A stretch of DNA of 64,000 nt, from NCBI GenBank assembly GCA_963727505.1, contig CAVSGP010000002.1:224001-288000 (forward strand), given 5' to 3'. A model generated the notes under the pieces. That model was not told where the DNA came from, did not search any database, and was given only the letters and a program-made list of their open reading frames with translations. Source of the DNA: an uncultured Trueperaceae bacterium. GTDB taxonomy: Bacteria; Deinococcota; Deinococci; Deinococcales; Trueperaceae. Positions 8,733 to 18,621 of this stretch are shown here, one piece after another; the stretch's first letter is position 1; each line of letters begins with the position of its first letter. A program made the translations under genes and the position numbers.

Positions 8733-9638
8733 ATGGTCCTCGATACCCCTACCGGCCACCTGCACGGCACCCTGGAGCTTCCCGAGGGGCCGGGGCCCTT
8801 CCCGGTCGCGCTCGTCATCGCGGGCTCCGGCCCCACCGACCGCGACGGCAACTCCACCCTCCTCCCCGGACGCAACGACAGCTTGAAGCTCGTGGCCCGG
8901 GCGCTAGCCGAAGCCGGAGTGGCGTCGCTGCGCTACGACAAGCGCGCCATCGGCGAGAGCCGCGAAGCCGGCCTCGACGAGGCCGCCATGACCTTCGACC
9001 TGGCGGTGCAGGACGCCGTACGCTGGCTACGCCAGCTCGACGACGACACGCGGTTCGCACGGACGCTGGTCGTCGGTCACAGCGAAGGTTCGCTGGTCGG
9101 CATGCTCGCTACGGGCCCGGCCGGCGCCTCCGCCCTCGTGTCGCTGGAGGGTGCAGGGCGCCCCGCGGCCGACGTGCTGCGCTCGCAGCTGCGAGGCCAG
9201 CTCCCCGCCGAGCTGATGGACGAGGTCGACCAGGTGCTGCGCGAGCTGGAGGCCGGGCGAACGGTGGACACGCTGCCGCCCGGCATCGCGGCAGTGCCCC
9301 AGATCGGGCAGGCGCTGTTCCGGCAGAGCGTGCAGCCCTACCTGGTGAGCTGGTTCCGGCACGACCCGGCGCGCGTCCTGGCCGAGCTCGAGGTTCCGAG
9401 CCTGGTGGTGCAGGGCACGACCGACCTGCAGGTGCCGGTATCGGACGGCGAACGCCTGGCCGCGGCCGGGAAGCATGCCACGCTGGCGCGCATCGAGGGG
9501 ATGAACCACGTGCTCAAGGCCGCGCCTGCCGAACAGGCCGCCAACCTGGCGGCCTACTCCGATCCTGCGCTGCCGTTGGCGCCGGGATTAGCGCTGGCGC
9601 TGCGGAGCTTCCTGAAGGAGGCGGGCCTCACTCCCTAG
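8733..9638 (+). CDS. Alpha/beta hydrolase
   Basis: IAGSGPTDRDGN, RYDKR, nucleophile motif GHSEG, D in QGTTDLQV, H in GMNHVLK. Confidence 0.9.
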   Translation: MVLDTPTGHLHGTLELPEGPGPFPVALVIAGSGPTDRDGNSTLLPGRNDSLKLVARALAEAGVASLRYDKRAIGESREAGLDEAAMTFDLAVQDAVRWLRQLDDDTRFARTLVVGHSEGSLVGMLATGPAGASALVSLEGAGRPAADVLRSQLRGQLPAELMDEVDQVLRELEAGRTVDTLPPGIAAVPQIGQALFRQSVQPYLVSWFRHDPARVLAELEVPSLVVQGTTDLQVPVSDGERLAAAGKHATLARIEGMNHVLKAAPAEQAANLAAYSDPALPLAPGLALALRSFLKEAGLTP

Positions 9639-9662
9639 GCTCGTAGGGTGCGCGGAGCGCTC

Positions 9663-10067
9663 TCAGGCGTCGTCGAGACGGTCTCCACGACGGGCAAACA
9701 GGACCAGGCCCAGGAAGATCAGCAGCAACGGGCCCATGACGTTCCAGGACAGCCCGAACAGGAACACGGCCGATACCAGCAGCAGAACCACACCGGGGAT
9801 GACCTGGCGCGACACCTCGCGATCGAAGGTGCCGCTCGCCTGGTAGGCCTGGTAGGCCCGGTAGAGGAACGCCGCGGCGGGGATCAGGAGGAAGACGACC
9901 CACCAGTTCTGGAACGCCACGCCGAAGCTGTCGCGCAGCAGCAAGATGCCGCCGACCACGACCAGCAGCAGACCCAGGGCGTAACGGTCGCGAGGCTTGC
10001 GGTTCGCGCGACGCTCGCGCCGAAGGGACCGATCCGACGACGACTCGGGGGAAGGGTTGGCTTTCAC
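9663..10067 (-). CDS. Small 4-TM membrane protein (LiaF/LiaI-like)
   Basis: GLLLVVVGGILLL...NWWVVFLLIP...W...PLLLIFLG. Start uncertain (10067 or 10109). Confidence 0.7.
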   Translation of the reverse strand: MKANPSPESSSDRSLRRERRANRKPRDRYALGLLLVVVGGILLLRDSFGVAFQNWWVVFLLIPAAAFLYRAYQAYQASGTFDREVSRQVIPGVVLLLVSAVFLFGLSWNVMGPLLLIFLGLVLFARRGDRLDDA

Positions 10068-10136
10068 GAATGCCTCGACTCGAAGGGGCCCAACGTGCGC
10101 CCACCTCACGAAGACTCTACAGCCGCGGCGACCGGC

Positions 10137-10928
10137 TCAACCGCGCAGATGTACCAGCCATCCGATGAGCGATGAGCCCAACACCAGCTGGATGCCGGTC
10201 AGGATCAGCAGCACGTAGATCGCGAGCGTGAACCCGCGCTCCTGGACGGTGCGGTTGAGCCAAACGCCGAGCGCGGCACCGGCGAACGCCAGCGGCAACA
10301 GCAGCACGGCGACCAGCAGGTTGTCGACGTTCAGCAGCCCCAGCCAGGCGTAGGGCACCAGCTTCACGACGTTGACGATGAAGAAGAACCAGGCCGCGGT
10401 GCCCACGAACAGCTCACGCCGCAGGCCACGGGGCAGCAGGTAGATCGCCACCGGCGGGCCGCCAACGTGCGCCAGCGTCGAGGTGAAGCCGGCGACACCG
10501 CCCAGCACGGCGCCCCACAGGCGTGACGGCGGGCTCTGCTGTAGCGCGCGCAGCACCCGGGCCCGCACCGCCTGCCAGCCGACGAACCCCAGTGCCAGCA
10601 CACCGATGCCGACCTCCAGGGCGCGCCCGTGCGGCGCCAGCAGGTCGAAGGCGAGCGCCCCCAGGACGATCCCCACCAGCGCGCTCGGCAGCAACAGTCG
10701 CAGGTCGCGCACGCTGGCGGTGCGACGGTAGTGCCATACCGCGAAGACGTCCGCGCCGATGAGCACCGGCAGGAGCAGCGCGGCCGCCTGCGGCACCGGC
10801 AGCGTCAGTGCGACCAGCGGGGTGGCGATGACGCCGGAACCGGCGCCGAAGCCCGCCTTGGCGACGCCGACCAGCAGGGCGGCCGCCGCGGCCGCCGCGA
10901 GCGCCTCGGGCGGAAGGCCCAGGATCAT
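10137..10928 (-). CDS. Sulfite exporter TauE/SafE family protein
   Basis: GVAKAGFGAG, GFTSTLAHVGGPP, NVVKLVPY. Confidence 0.9.
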   Translation of the reverse strand: MILGLPPEALAAAAAAALLVGVAKAGFGAGSGVIATPLVALTLPVPQAAALLLPVLIGADVFAVWHYRRTASVRDLRLLLPSALVGIVLGALAFDLLAPHGRALEVGIGVLALGFVGWQAVRARVLRALQQSPPSRLWGAVLGGVAGFTSTLAHVGGPPVAIYLLPRGLRRELFVGTAAWFFFIVNVVKLVPYAWLGLLNVDNLLVAVLLLPLAFAGAALGVWLNRTVQERGFTLAIYVLLILTGIQLVLGSSLIGWLVHLRG

Positions 10929-10967
10929 GCCGGACGCCGGCGGGAGCGTCGCGAAAACAGCGGCCGT

Positions 10968-12494
10968 TCAGGTGACACGGGCCGAGAACGTCGGGCGCCG
11001 CCGCACCTGCGTCGCCTGCTCGAAGGCGTGCGCGAAGCCGATCAGCCGCCCCTCGGCGTAGGCGCCGGCGAAGAACGAGAGCCCCACGGGCAGCCCGTGG
11101 ACGTGGCCCGCGGGGAGCGTCACGTGCGGATAGCCCGCCATGGCCGCGGGCGTGGCGCAGCCTCCGAGCCGCTTGTCGCCGTCGATGGGATCGATGGTCC
11201 AGGCGGGCACCATGGTGGGCGCCACGAGGGCGTCGAGCCGGTGCGCGGCGAGGGCACGGTCGATGCCTTCGTCGCGTGCCAGGCGGTGGCAGGTCTCGCG
11301 CACCTCGCGGTAGCGCGCTTCGTCGACCACGCCGTCGGTGAGCGCCCGCTCGAGCAGCTCCTGCCCGAAGTAGGGCAGCACGGCATCAGCATGCAGCCGG
11401 TTGAAGGCCACCACCTCCTCCAGGCTCCGGACCTTCGCGCGGGGGTGCTCGGCCAGGTAGGCGTCCACGCCGGCCTTGATCTCGATCAACATCAACTCGA
11501 GCTCGGGCGCCTCGTTCATGCGCTCGCGGCCCAGCTCGACCGGGTCGACGATCTCGGCGCCCAGCGCGCGCAACGTGCCCAGCGCCGCCTCCACGACGGC
11601 GTCGGCACCCTCGTGCCGGCCGAAGCAGTCGCGCGCCACGCCCAGACGCGCCCCCTCGAGCGCGCGGGGATCGAGGAACTGCATGTAGTCCAGCATCGGC
11701 GCCTGCGCGGTCGCCTCGTCGCGCGGGTCGGGACCGGCGATGGCCGTGAGCAGGGCGGCGGCGTCCGCGACCGTGCGCGCCATCGGCCCGGCGGTGTCCT
11801 GCGAGGCGGCGACCGGGATGATGCCGGCGCGGCTCACCAGCCCGACGGTGGGTTTGATGCCCACCACGCCGTTGGCCGAGGAGGGGCTCACGATGGAGCC
11901 GTCGGTCTCGGTGCCGATGGCGCCGGCGCACAGGCTGGCGGCAACCGCCACCCCCGAGCCGGAGCTCGAGCCGCTCGGCGTGCGGTCGAGCGAATAGGGG
12001 TTGCGCGTCTGCCCTCCGCGGCTGCTCCAGCCGCTGCAACCGCGCGTCGAGCGGAAGTAGGCCCACTCGCTCAGGTTGGTCTTGCCCAGCACCACGGCGC
12101 CCGCGGTGCGCAGACGCTCGACCACGCCGGCGTCGCGCGGCGCGATGTTGCCCGCAAGCGCCAGCGAGCCGGCCGTCGTCTGCATGCGGTCGCCGGTATC
12201 GATGTTGTCCTTGACCATCACGGGCACGCCGTGCAGCGGCCCGCGCGGGCCTCGCTCGCGGCGCTCGCGGTCGAGCTCGGCGGCCGTCTGAAGCGCGTCC
12301 GGGTTGATCTCGATGACGGCGTTCAGCTCCGGCCCGCTGGCATCGATCGCGGCGATCCTCTCCAGGTAACCGCGCGCGATCTCCAGCGCGCTGGTCTCCC
12401 CCGAGGCCATGGCCGCCTGCAGCTCGGCGATCCCCTTGTCCTGGTCCTCCACGTTCGGTTCCTCCACCTCGGCGGTCCCCACCGCCGCGCTCAC
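10968..12494 (-). CDS. Amidase (amidase-signature family)
   Basis: Catalytic K in VKDNID, GSSSGS, GTETDGSI (Ser-cisSer-Lys triad). Confidence 0.95.
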   Translation of the reverse strand: MSAAVGTAEVEEPNVEDQDKGIAELQAAMASGETSALEIARGYLERIAAIDASGPELNAVIEINPDALQTAAELDRERRERGPRGPLHGVPVMVKDNIDTGDRMQTTAGSLALAGNIAPRDAGVVERLRTAGAVVLGKTNLSEWAYFRSTRGCSGWSSRGGQTRNPYSLDRTPSGSSSGSGVAVAASLCAGAIGTETDGSIVSPSSANGVVGIKPTVGLVSRAGIIPVAASQDTAGPMARTVADAAALLTAIAGPDPRDEATAQAPMLDYMQFLDPRALEGARLGVARDCFGRHEGADAVVEAALGTLRALGAEIVDPVELGRERMNEAPELELMLIEIKAGVDAYLAEHPRAKVRSLEEVVAFNRLHADAVLPYFGQELLERALTDGVVDEARYREVRETCHRLARDEGIDRALAAHRLDALVAPTMVPAWTIDPIDGDKRLGGCATPAAMAGYPHVTLPAGHVHGLPVGLSFFAGAYAEGRLIGFAHAFEQATQVRRRPTFSARVT

Positions 12495-12668
12495 GGCGTT
12501 CGTTCAGCGTATGCAAGCGTACCCCGTGGCCCGACCCCGGCGTCGCCCGCGCGGCACCTGCTCACGGCGAGAACGCGAAGCGGAAGCCTGAACAGGCGCA
12601 CGGCTGTCGTGGTGCTAGAATCGCGCCCACAGAAGTCGTGGGCAACGAGCTGTTGGGGGTTGGTCTAG

Positions 12669-12704
12669 GTGGAACCATCCGTGGAACCATCCCTGGAACC
12701 ATCC
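12669..12704. repeat. 12-bp tandem repeat x3
   Basis: (G/C)TGGAACCATCC x3, encoding (V/L)EPS repeats. Confidence 0.9.
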
Positions 12705-13070
12705 CAGGAGGAGGCCCTGTTCGGGCGTCGGCTGAAGAGCCGGCGGACGGTCCTGGGGCTGACCCAGGAGGAGCTGGCCCGACGCGCGGGCGGTTCCACG
12801 GCGACGGTGCGCATGCTCGAGGCGGAGGAACACCGGCCCTCGCCCGAAGCAGCGAGGGCGCTGGCCGAGGTCCTGGGCGTCCCCGCCGGGGAACGGCGCG
12901 CCCGCGAGCGGCCGGACGCGGCTCCGAACGGGACGCTCGAGCGCCACGGCGCCTGGCGTCTGCGGCTCCTGGGGGAGACGGCCGAGCTGACAGGACCATC
13001 GACGCGCTGGCGGCCACCCAGGACCGCCGCGCTCATCCTCGCGTTCCTGGCCCTGGAAGGGGCCACGCCT
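12669..13070 (+). pseudogene. Truncated XRE-HTH + SARP-like regulator
   Basis: HTH LTQEELARRAGGSTATVRMLEA, then SARP-like WRLRLLG...AALILAFLALEG. Protein-like sequence collapses after about 13070. Confidence 0.6.
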
Positions 13071-13165
13071 CCGGGCGTGCCCCTTCCCACGTCTCGCTCC
13101 CTTCGACCTCTGCGCGACCCATCCTCCGCGCAACCCATCCTCCCCGCAACCCGGCCACCCCCCGG

Positions 13166-13450
13166 TCAGGCGTCGTCGGGGAGCGGGCCCCAGGGGCTCG
13201 TCCGAGAAGACCCTGGCCGCGAGGATCGCGCCACGCTCGCGCCGGTCCTCGGCGCTCCCACCTGCGGGTCACGCGCTGCACGAAGCTGCCGCCATGCCTG
13301 CGGCCACAATCCGAGCAACAGCCGCGACCAGATGGTCCCGGGGCGTGCACCGGCCGTCGCCTGGCGCATGCGCCGCTCCCGCGCCGCATCCCGCATAAGA
13401 TCCGCGTACCGCTCCCGTGCCGCTCGTTCACTGTTCCAGGAACCTTGCAT
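13166..13450 (-). CDS. Small hypothetical protein divergent from the XRE-STAND regulator
   Basis: SD GGGAGG-N5-ATG. Helical ARERYADLMRDAARERR motif. Confidence 0.6.
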   Translation of the reverse strand: MQGSWNSERAARERYADLMRDAARERRMRQATAGARPGTIWSRLLLGLWPQAWRQLRAARDPQVGAPRTGASVARSSRPGSSRTSPWGPLPDDA

Positions 13451-13520
13451 GTCCGCCTCCCTCTCCCTGCCGGGCTTCCGTTGTCGGCTGGAGCCATTGC
13501 AGCGGATATGGAGTGGTCCG

Positions 13521-13602
13521 TGGTCACGGCGAGCGCCACGACGGGCGCTACTGCGAGCGCTACTGCAGGCGTTACGGCGAACGTCCCAGGCGGTGGTAGA
13601 AT
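13521..13602. promoter_or_regulatory. Five 12-bp-period direct repeats followed by extended -10 TGGTAGAAT
   Basis: TGGTCACGGCGA/GCGCCACGACGG/GCGCTACTGCGA/GCGCTACTGCAG/GCGTTACGGCGA at 13521-13580. TAGAAT at 13597-13602. Confidence 0.55.
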
Positions 13603-13648
13603 CGCCCCTACAACCGTCTTGCAGCCGTCTCGCAGGAAGGCCGCCACG

Positions 13649-16600
13649 TTGGAAGCGCCCCGTGACGATGCCGTGTTCGGGCGCTGGTTGCACAAGCGCC
13701 GGAAGACGCTCGACCTGACCCAGAAGGAGCTAGCGAAGCGGGTGGGCTGCTCGCCCGCCACCATCCGCAAGCTCGAGGCCGACGAGCGTCGCCCCTCGAA
13801 ACGCGTGGCGCAGTCCGTGGCCGAGGCGCTCGGCGTGCCCAGCGAGGAGCGCGGGGCCTTCGTGCGGTTCGCCCGTAGCGGCTGGGCCGACGAGCCCCCC
13901 CGTCAGCGACCGCCCGACCTGGAGCGCCCCTGGCTCGACCCCAGCACCGATCGGCCTGCGCCCCGCGCCGCGCCTCCCGCCGCCTCCGTGACGCCGCCCC
14001 GCGTGGCCGCCTCTAGCGAGCCCGTGGCCCCACCCGTCCCCCGCCTGCTGGCGCGCGAGCGCGAGCTCGAGCCCCTCGAGGCGGCCTTGCGGCAGGCCAC
14101 AACGGAGCGTGGAAGCGTCCTGCTCGTCTCCGGGCAGGCGGGGCAGGGTAAGACCGCGTTGCTGACCTCCTTCGCTACCCGCGCCCAGGAGCTCGAGCCC
14201 GACCTGCTCGTCGGGATCGGGACGTGCAACGCCTACACCGGCAGCGGCGACCCCTTCCACCCGTTCCGCGAGATCCTGCTGCAGCTCACCGGCGACGTCG
14301 CCCTGGGCACCGACCCGAGCGCCTTCGAGCAGACGCGCGCATCACGCCTTTGGCGCTTCATGGGTCGCGGGGGCCGGGCCCTGATCGAGCACGGGCCCCA
14401 CCTCCTCGACCGGCTGGTTGCGAGCCGTCCGCTCCGTTCGCGCTTGCTGGACGCAGGCGTCTCCCTGCCGGGCGCGAACGGCCCGGCCGCCCACAGCTCG
14501 CCCACCTCGCTCTCCGAGGGCCAGGGGGCCTACGGTCAGGAGGCGCTACGAAGCGAGATCATCGCCGTGCTGACGGCACTGGCGCAGCAGGCGCCGCTGC
14601 TGTTGCTGCTGGACGATCTGCAGTGGGCGGACGGCAGCTCCCTCGAGCTGCTCTTACAACTGGGCAGGACCGTACCCCGACACCCGATCCTGCTGGTGGG
14701 CGCCTTCCGACCCGCCGACGTGGCGCCCACGCCCGAGGGCCGGCGCCATCCCCTGGAAAGCGTTCTGAACGAGCTGACCCGGCTCTCCGGCGACGCCGCA
14801 CGAATCGACCTCGACCTGGCCGACGGCCGCGCGTTCGTCAACGCGTTTCTGGATGCCGAGCCGAACCGGCTCGACGCTAGGTTCCGCGAGGCGCTGCTTC
14901 AGCAGACCGCTGGCCAGCCCCTGTTCACGATCGAGCTGCTGCGCGCCCTGCAGGAGCGTGGCGACCTCGTGCGCGACGACGACGAGCGCTGGACGCAGGC
15001 CGCCAGCATGCGCTGGGACGCCCTTCCCGCCCGCGTGGCCGGCGCCATCGCGGAGCGTATCGCACGGCTCGAACCGGCCACACGCGAGGCGCTTCGGGCG
15101 GCGAGCGTGGAAGGGGACGTCTTCACCGTCGAAGTCGTCGCACGGGTGGTGGAGCGCGATCCCCGAGCCGTCGTCCGTGAGGTCGCGGGCGCGCTCGACC
15201 GACACGAGCTCGTCGCCGGGATCGACGTTCGGCGCGCCCCCAGGGGGCTCGTCTCGCGCTACCGGTTCCGCCACGAGCTGATCCAGCGCTTCCTGTACGA
15301 CCAGCTCGACGAGAGCGAACGCGCCTACCTCCACGAAGCTGTGGCGGAGGCGCTGAAGGCGGTCCTCGGCGACGAAGCAGACCCCGGCGCGCTCGCCTTC
15401 CACTACCTGCAGGCGCACGCTCCGCAGCGCGCCGCCCCCCACCTCCGCAGCGCCGGCGATCGCGCCAGGCGATCGGCGGCGCTGGCGGAGGCGGTCGACT
15501 TCTACACGCGCGCACTGTCCGCCTGGCCCGAGCAGGATGCCACCGGGCGCGCCACGCTGCTGCGCGACCTGGGCGAGTGCGAATGGCTCCGGGGCCGGCT
15601 CGAGCGGGCGGAGAACATCCTCGGCCAGGCGCGCGCCGCCTTCGACGCGCTGGGGGATCACGCCGCTGCGAGCACGGTGCAGCTCTCGCTGGGACGCGTG
15701 TACTACGAGCTCGGGGACTTCGAGCGCTCGCTCCAGGCCAGCATGGAAGCCCTCGCCATGTTCGACGGCCAGGCCGAGACCGAGGGCCTCGCTAGGGCCC
15801 AGAGCACCGTCTCCCAGCTCCACATGCTGGCGTCGAACGACGCCGAGGCGCTCCACTGGGGCCGCCGGGCCCTCGACCTGGCCGAGCGGCTCCATGCCGA
15901 CGACATACGGACGCACGCCTTGAACAACGTCGGCATCGTAGTGGCTCACTCCGGTTCGGAGCACCACGACGAAGGCCTCGGCATGCTGGAGCAGAGCTGG
16001 CGGCTGGCCGATCGGCTGGGACTCGCTCACGACGGCTGTCGGGCCCTGTACAACCGTGCCGCCCTGCTACAGGCGTTCGGGAGGGTGCGCGAGGCCGAGG
16101 CGGCCTGGCGCCACCTCATCGATTACGCCCAGAACCAACAGATCCTCGTGTTAGAGCTTTCGGCGAGGCTGGCGCTGTCGAAGCTCGAGTGGGACCTTGG
16201 TCGTTGGTCCGACACGCACCAACAGCTGGATCGACTGTATCAACACAAGCGAGGTTTCGACGGACCAGGCGGTAACCCCAAGCGCGTGCGCGTGGGGCTC
16301 GCGCTGGCATCGGCCGAGCTCGATCTGGGGCGTGTCGGCCATGCGCAGACCATCCTGCTCGAACACCGGAGCGCCCTCGAACGGCTCGACGAGGAGCAGC
16401 TTCGCGCCCCTTACCTTCGAGATCGGCTCCGCGCCGCAGCCGCTTCGGGAGAGAGCAGCGAAGCCGATGCCTGCGCCCGTGCGCTGCTCGACACGGTCAC
16501 CGCCCACCCCACCCACTCCGAGGATGTCCTCGCTCCTCTCCTGACCGCCGTCCGATGGCTCTCGACGCACCCGGCAACGGACACCGGCTCCCTGCTCGAG

Positions 16601-16969
16601 GCCAGCCTGCGCGCCGCCGAGGTGACGGAGGCGCAGTACGGGTCGGCCGACGCCGGCGCCACCCTCGCGGCCGTGCGGGCCACCGCTGCCGGCGCCGCAG
16701 GCGACGGAACGGCTGCGGCCACGCTGTGGCTACGGGCGGCCGAGCTGTGGCGGGACTGTGGGTTCGTCCTGAACGAGGCGCGCGCCAGGTGCGTGGGCGC
16801 TCGCGCCCTGGCGCATGCCGGGCGCGACGCGGACGCAGGGCAAGCCCGCGACCGCGCACGCGCATTGTTGGCCGACCTCGAAAGCAGGCTGCCTACGCCC
16901 GAGCTGGTGGCATCGTTCGCCCGGGTGCAGGCCACCCTGCTGAGCTCCGCGGAAAGCACTAGCGCGTGA
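13649..16969 (+). CDS. XRE-HTH + STAND (AAA_16-type) ATPase + TPR transcriptional regulator
   Basis: HTH LTQKELAKRVGCSPATIRKLEA, Walker A GQAGQGKT, Walker B LLLLDDLQWAD, GQPLF, FRHELI, TPR-like helices. Start TTG 13649 (alternative ATG 13508). Confidence 0.88.
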   Translation: MEAPRDDAVFGRWLHKRRKTLDLTQKELAKRVGCSPATIRKLEADERRPSKRVAQSVAEALGVPSEERGAFVRFARSGWADEPPRQRPPDLERPWLDPSTDRPAPRAAPPAASVTPPRVAASSEPVAPPVPRLLARERELEPLEAALRQATTERGSVLLVSGQAGQGKTALLTSFATRAQELEPDLLVGIGTCNAYTGSGDPFHPFREILLQLTGDVALGTDPSAFEQTRASRLWRFMGRGGRALIEHGPHLLDRLVASRPLRSRLLDAGVSLPGANGPAAHSSPTSLSEGQGAYGQEALRSEIIAVLTALAQQAPLLLLLDDLQWADGSSLELLLQLGRTVPRHPILLVGAFRPADVAPTPEGRRHPLESVLNELTRLSGDAARIDLDLADGRAFVNAFLDAEPNRLDARFREALLQQTAGQPLFTIELLRALQERGDLVRDDDERWTQAASMRWDALPARVAGAIAERIARLEPATREALRAASVEGDVFTVEVVARVVERDPRAVVREVAGALDRHELVAGIDVRRAPRGLVSRYRFRHELIQRFLYDQLDESERAYLHEAVAEALKAVLGDEADPGALAFHYLQAHAPQRAAPHLRSAGDRARRSAALAEAVDFYTRALSAWPEQDATGRATLLRDLGECEWLRGRLERAENILGQARAAFDALGDHAAASTVQLSLGRVYYELGDFERSLQASMEALAMFDGQAETEGLARAQSTVSQLHMLASNDAEALHWGRRALDLAERLHADDIRTHALNNVGIVVAHSGSEHHDEGLGMLEQSWRLADRLGLAHDGCRALYNRAALLQAFGRVREAEAAWRHLIDYAQNQQILVLELSARLALSKLEWDLGRWSDTHQQLDRLYQHKRGFDGPGGNPKRVRVGLALASAELDLGRVGHAQTILLEHRSALERLDEEQLRAPYLRDRLRAAAASGESSEADACARALLDTVTAHPTHSEDVLAPLLTAVRWLSTHPATDTGSLLEASLRAAEVTEAQYGSADAGATLAAVRATAAGAAGDGTAAATLWLRAAELWRDCGFVLNEARARCVGARALAHAGRDADAGQARDRARALLADLESRLPTPELVASFARVQATLLSSAESTSA

Positions 16970-18621
16970 CCCCCGACGCCGACGTCATCGTGGTCGGAGC
17001 AGGACTGGCCGGCCTCGTCGCCGCCGCCGAGGCGGCCGACGCCGGCCTGCGGGTGACGTTGCTCGACCAGGAGGCGCGGGCCAACCTGGGCGGACAGGCC
17101 TTCTGGTCGTTCGGCGGCCTGTTCCTGGTGGACACGCCGGAGCAGCGCCGGCTCGGCATCCGCGACAGCCACGAGCTCGCCTGGCGCGACTGGCTCGCCA
17201 CGGCCGCGTTCGATCGCGACGACGACCGCTGGCCGCGGCGCTGGGCCGAGGCGTACGTCGCCTTCGCAGCCGGGGAGAAGCGCGCCTGGTTGCACGAGCA
17301 AGGCCTGCGCTTCTTCCCCATCGTCGGCTGGGCCGAGCGCGGCGTCGGCCGCGCCCAGGGAGCAGGCAACACCGTCCCCCGCTTCCACATCGCGTGGGGC
17401 ACCGGCCCCGCCATCGTCGAGGCGTTCGCACGGCGCGTGCGCGAGCACGAGCGCGACGGGCGCGTCCGCCTGCGGTTCCGCCACCGCGTGCGCGAACTGG
17501 TGGTCGAGGCGGGCGCCGTGACCGGCGTGGCCGGCGAGGTGCTCACCGACGACCCGTCCGAACGCGGCCAGCCGACCTCACGCGAGCCGGTCGGCACGTT
17601 CCAGCTCGGCGCGCCGGCGGTCGTGGTGGCCTCGGGCGGCATCGGCGGCGACCACCGGCTGGTGCGGCGCAACTGGCCGGGCGAACGCCTGGGGCCGCCG
17701 CCCGACGCCATGCTCACGGGCGTCCCCGCCCACGTGGACGGGCAGCTGCAGCAGGCGAGCGCCGCGGCGGGCGGGCGGCTGATCCACGCCGACCGCATGT
17801 GGCACTACACCGAGGGCGTGCGCAACTTCGCGCCGATCTGGCCGGGGCACGGCATCCGCATCCTGCCGGGTCCGAGCAGTCTGTGGCTCGACCCCGACGG
17901 CCGCCGCCTGCCTCCCCCCTACCTACCGGGCTTCAGCACCCTCGACACGCTGGGGCACATCGGCCGCGGCCGGTTCCCGCACACCTGGTTCGTGCTGGAC
18001 CGCCGGATCCTGCGACGGGAGTTCGCGCTCTCGGGTAGCGAGCAGAATCCCGACCTCACCGGCAAGAGCCTGACCGGCGTGGTGCGCGGCAGGCTCGCCG
18101 GGTTGCAGCCGCCGCTGCGGGCCTTCCTGGAGCGCGGGGAGGACTTCCTGACGGACGCCGCCCTGGAGGGCCTCGTACGGAAGATGAACGCCCTCGTCGG
18201 CGACGAACGCCTCGATCCGGCCGTCGTGGCCGACGCAGTGATCGCCCGCGACGAGCAGCTGGTGAGCGGCTTCGGCAAGGACTTCCAGGCGATGGCCATC
18301 CGCAACGCCCGGAGGTCGCTGGGCGACCGCCTGGTGCGCGTCGCGCGCCCGCACCGCCTGCTGGATTCGGCGGCGGGGCCGCTCGTGGCGGTGAGACTGC
18401 GGGTGCTCACCCGCAAGACCCTGGGCGGGCTCGAGACCGACCTGCTGGGACGCGTGCTGCGCGAAGACGGCGAGCCGCTGCCTGGACTGTACGCGGCCGG
18501 GGAGGTGGCCGGCTTCGGGGGCGGTGGCATGCACGGCTACCGTTCGCTGGAGGGGACCTTCCTCGGCGGCTGCCTGTTCAACGGGCGGGTGGTGGGGCGG
18601 GCGCTCGGCCGCGCCGGCTGA
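16966..18621 (+). CDS. FAD-binding dehydrogenase (KsdD/FAD_binding_2-like)
   Basis: GAGLAG, GGQAFWSFGG, RFHIAWGTG, TRKTLGG, HGYRSLEGTFLGGC. GTGA overlap with the regulator stop. Confidence 0.92.
   Translation: MTPDADVIVVGAGLAGLVAAAEAADAGLRVTLLDQEARANLGGQAFWSFGGLFLVDTPEQRRLGIRDSHELAWRDWLATAAFDRDDDRWPRRWAEAYVAFAAGEKRAWLHEQGLRFFPIVGWAERGVGRAQGAGNTVPRFHIAWGTGPAIVEAFARRVREHERDGRVRLRFRHRVRELVVEAGAVTGVAGEVLTDDPSERGQPTSREPVGTFQLGAPAVVVASGGIGGDHRLVRRNWPGERLGPPPDAMLTGVPAHVDGQLQQASAAAGGRLIHADRMWHYTEGVRNFAPIWPGHGIRILPGPSSLWLDPDGRRLPPPYLPGFSTLDTLGHIGRGRFPHTWFVLDRRILRREFALSGSEQNPDLTGKSLTGVVRGRLAGLQPPLRAFLERGEDFLTDAALEGLVRKMNALVGDERLDPAVVADAVIARDEQLVSGFGKDFQAMAIRNARRSLGDRLVRVARPHRLLDSAAGPLVAVRLRVLTRKTLGGLETDLLGRVLREDGEPLPGLYAAGEVAGFGGGGMHGYRSLEGTFLGGCLFNGRVVGRALGRAG

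Noticed and set aside
12638..13648. N-terminal ~340 aa of the 1443-aa ORF
   Set aside because: Low-complexity read-through that overlaps a different-frame XRE relic and an antisense ORF. A promoter at 13597 and the HTH starting near 13670 indicate a later start.
13649..16969. Avs/NLR-type anti-phage defence system
   Set aside because: The effector is an XRE HTH, with no nuclease, TIR, SIR2 or protease domain and no defence-island neighbours.
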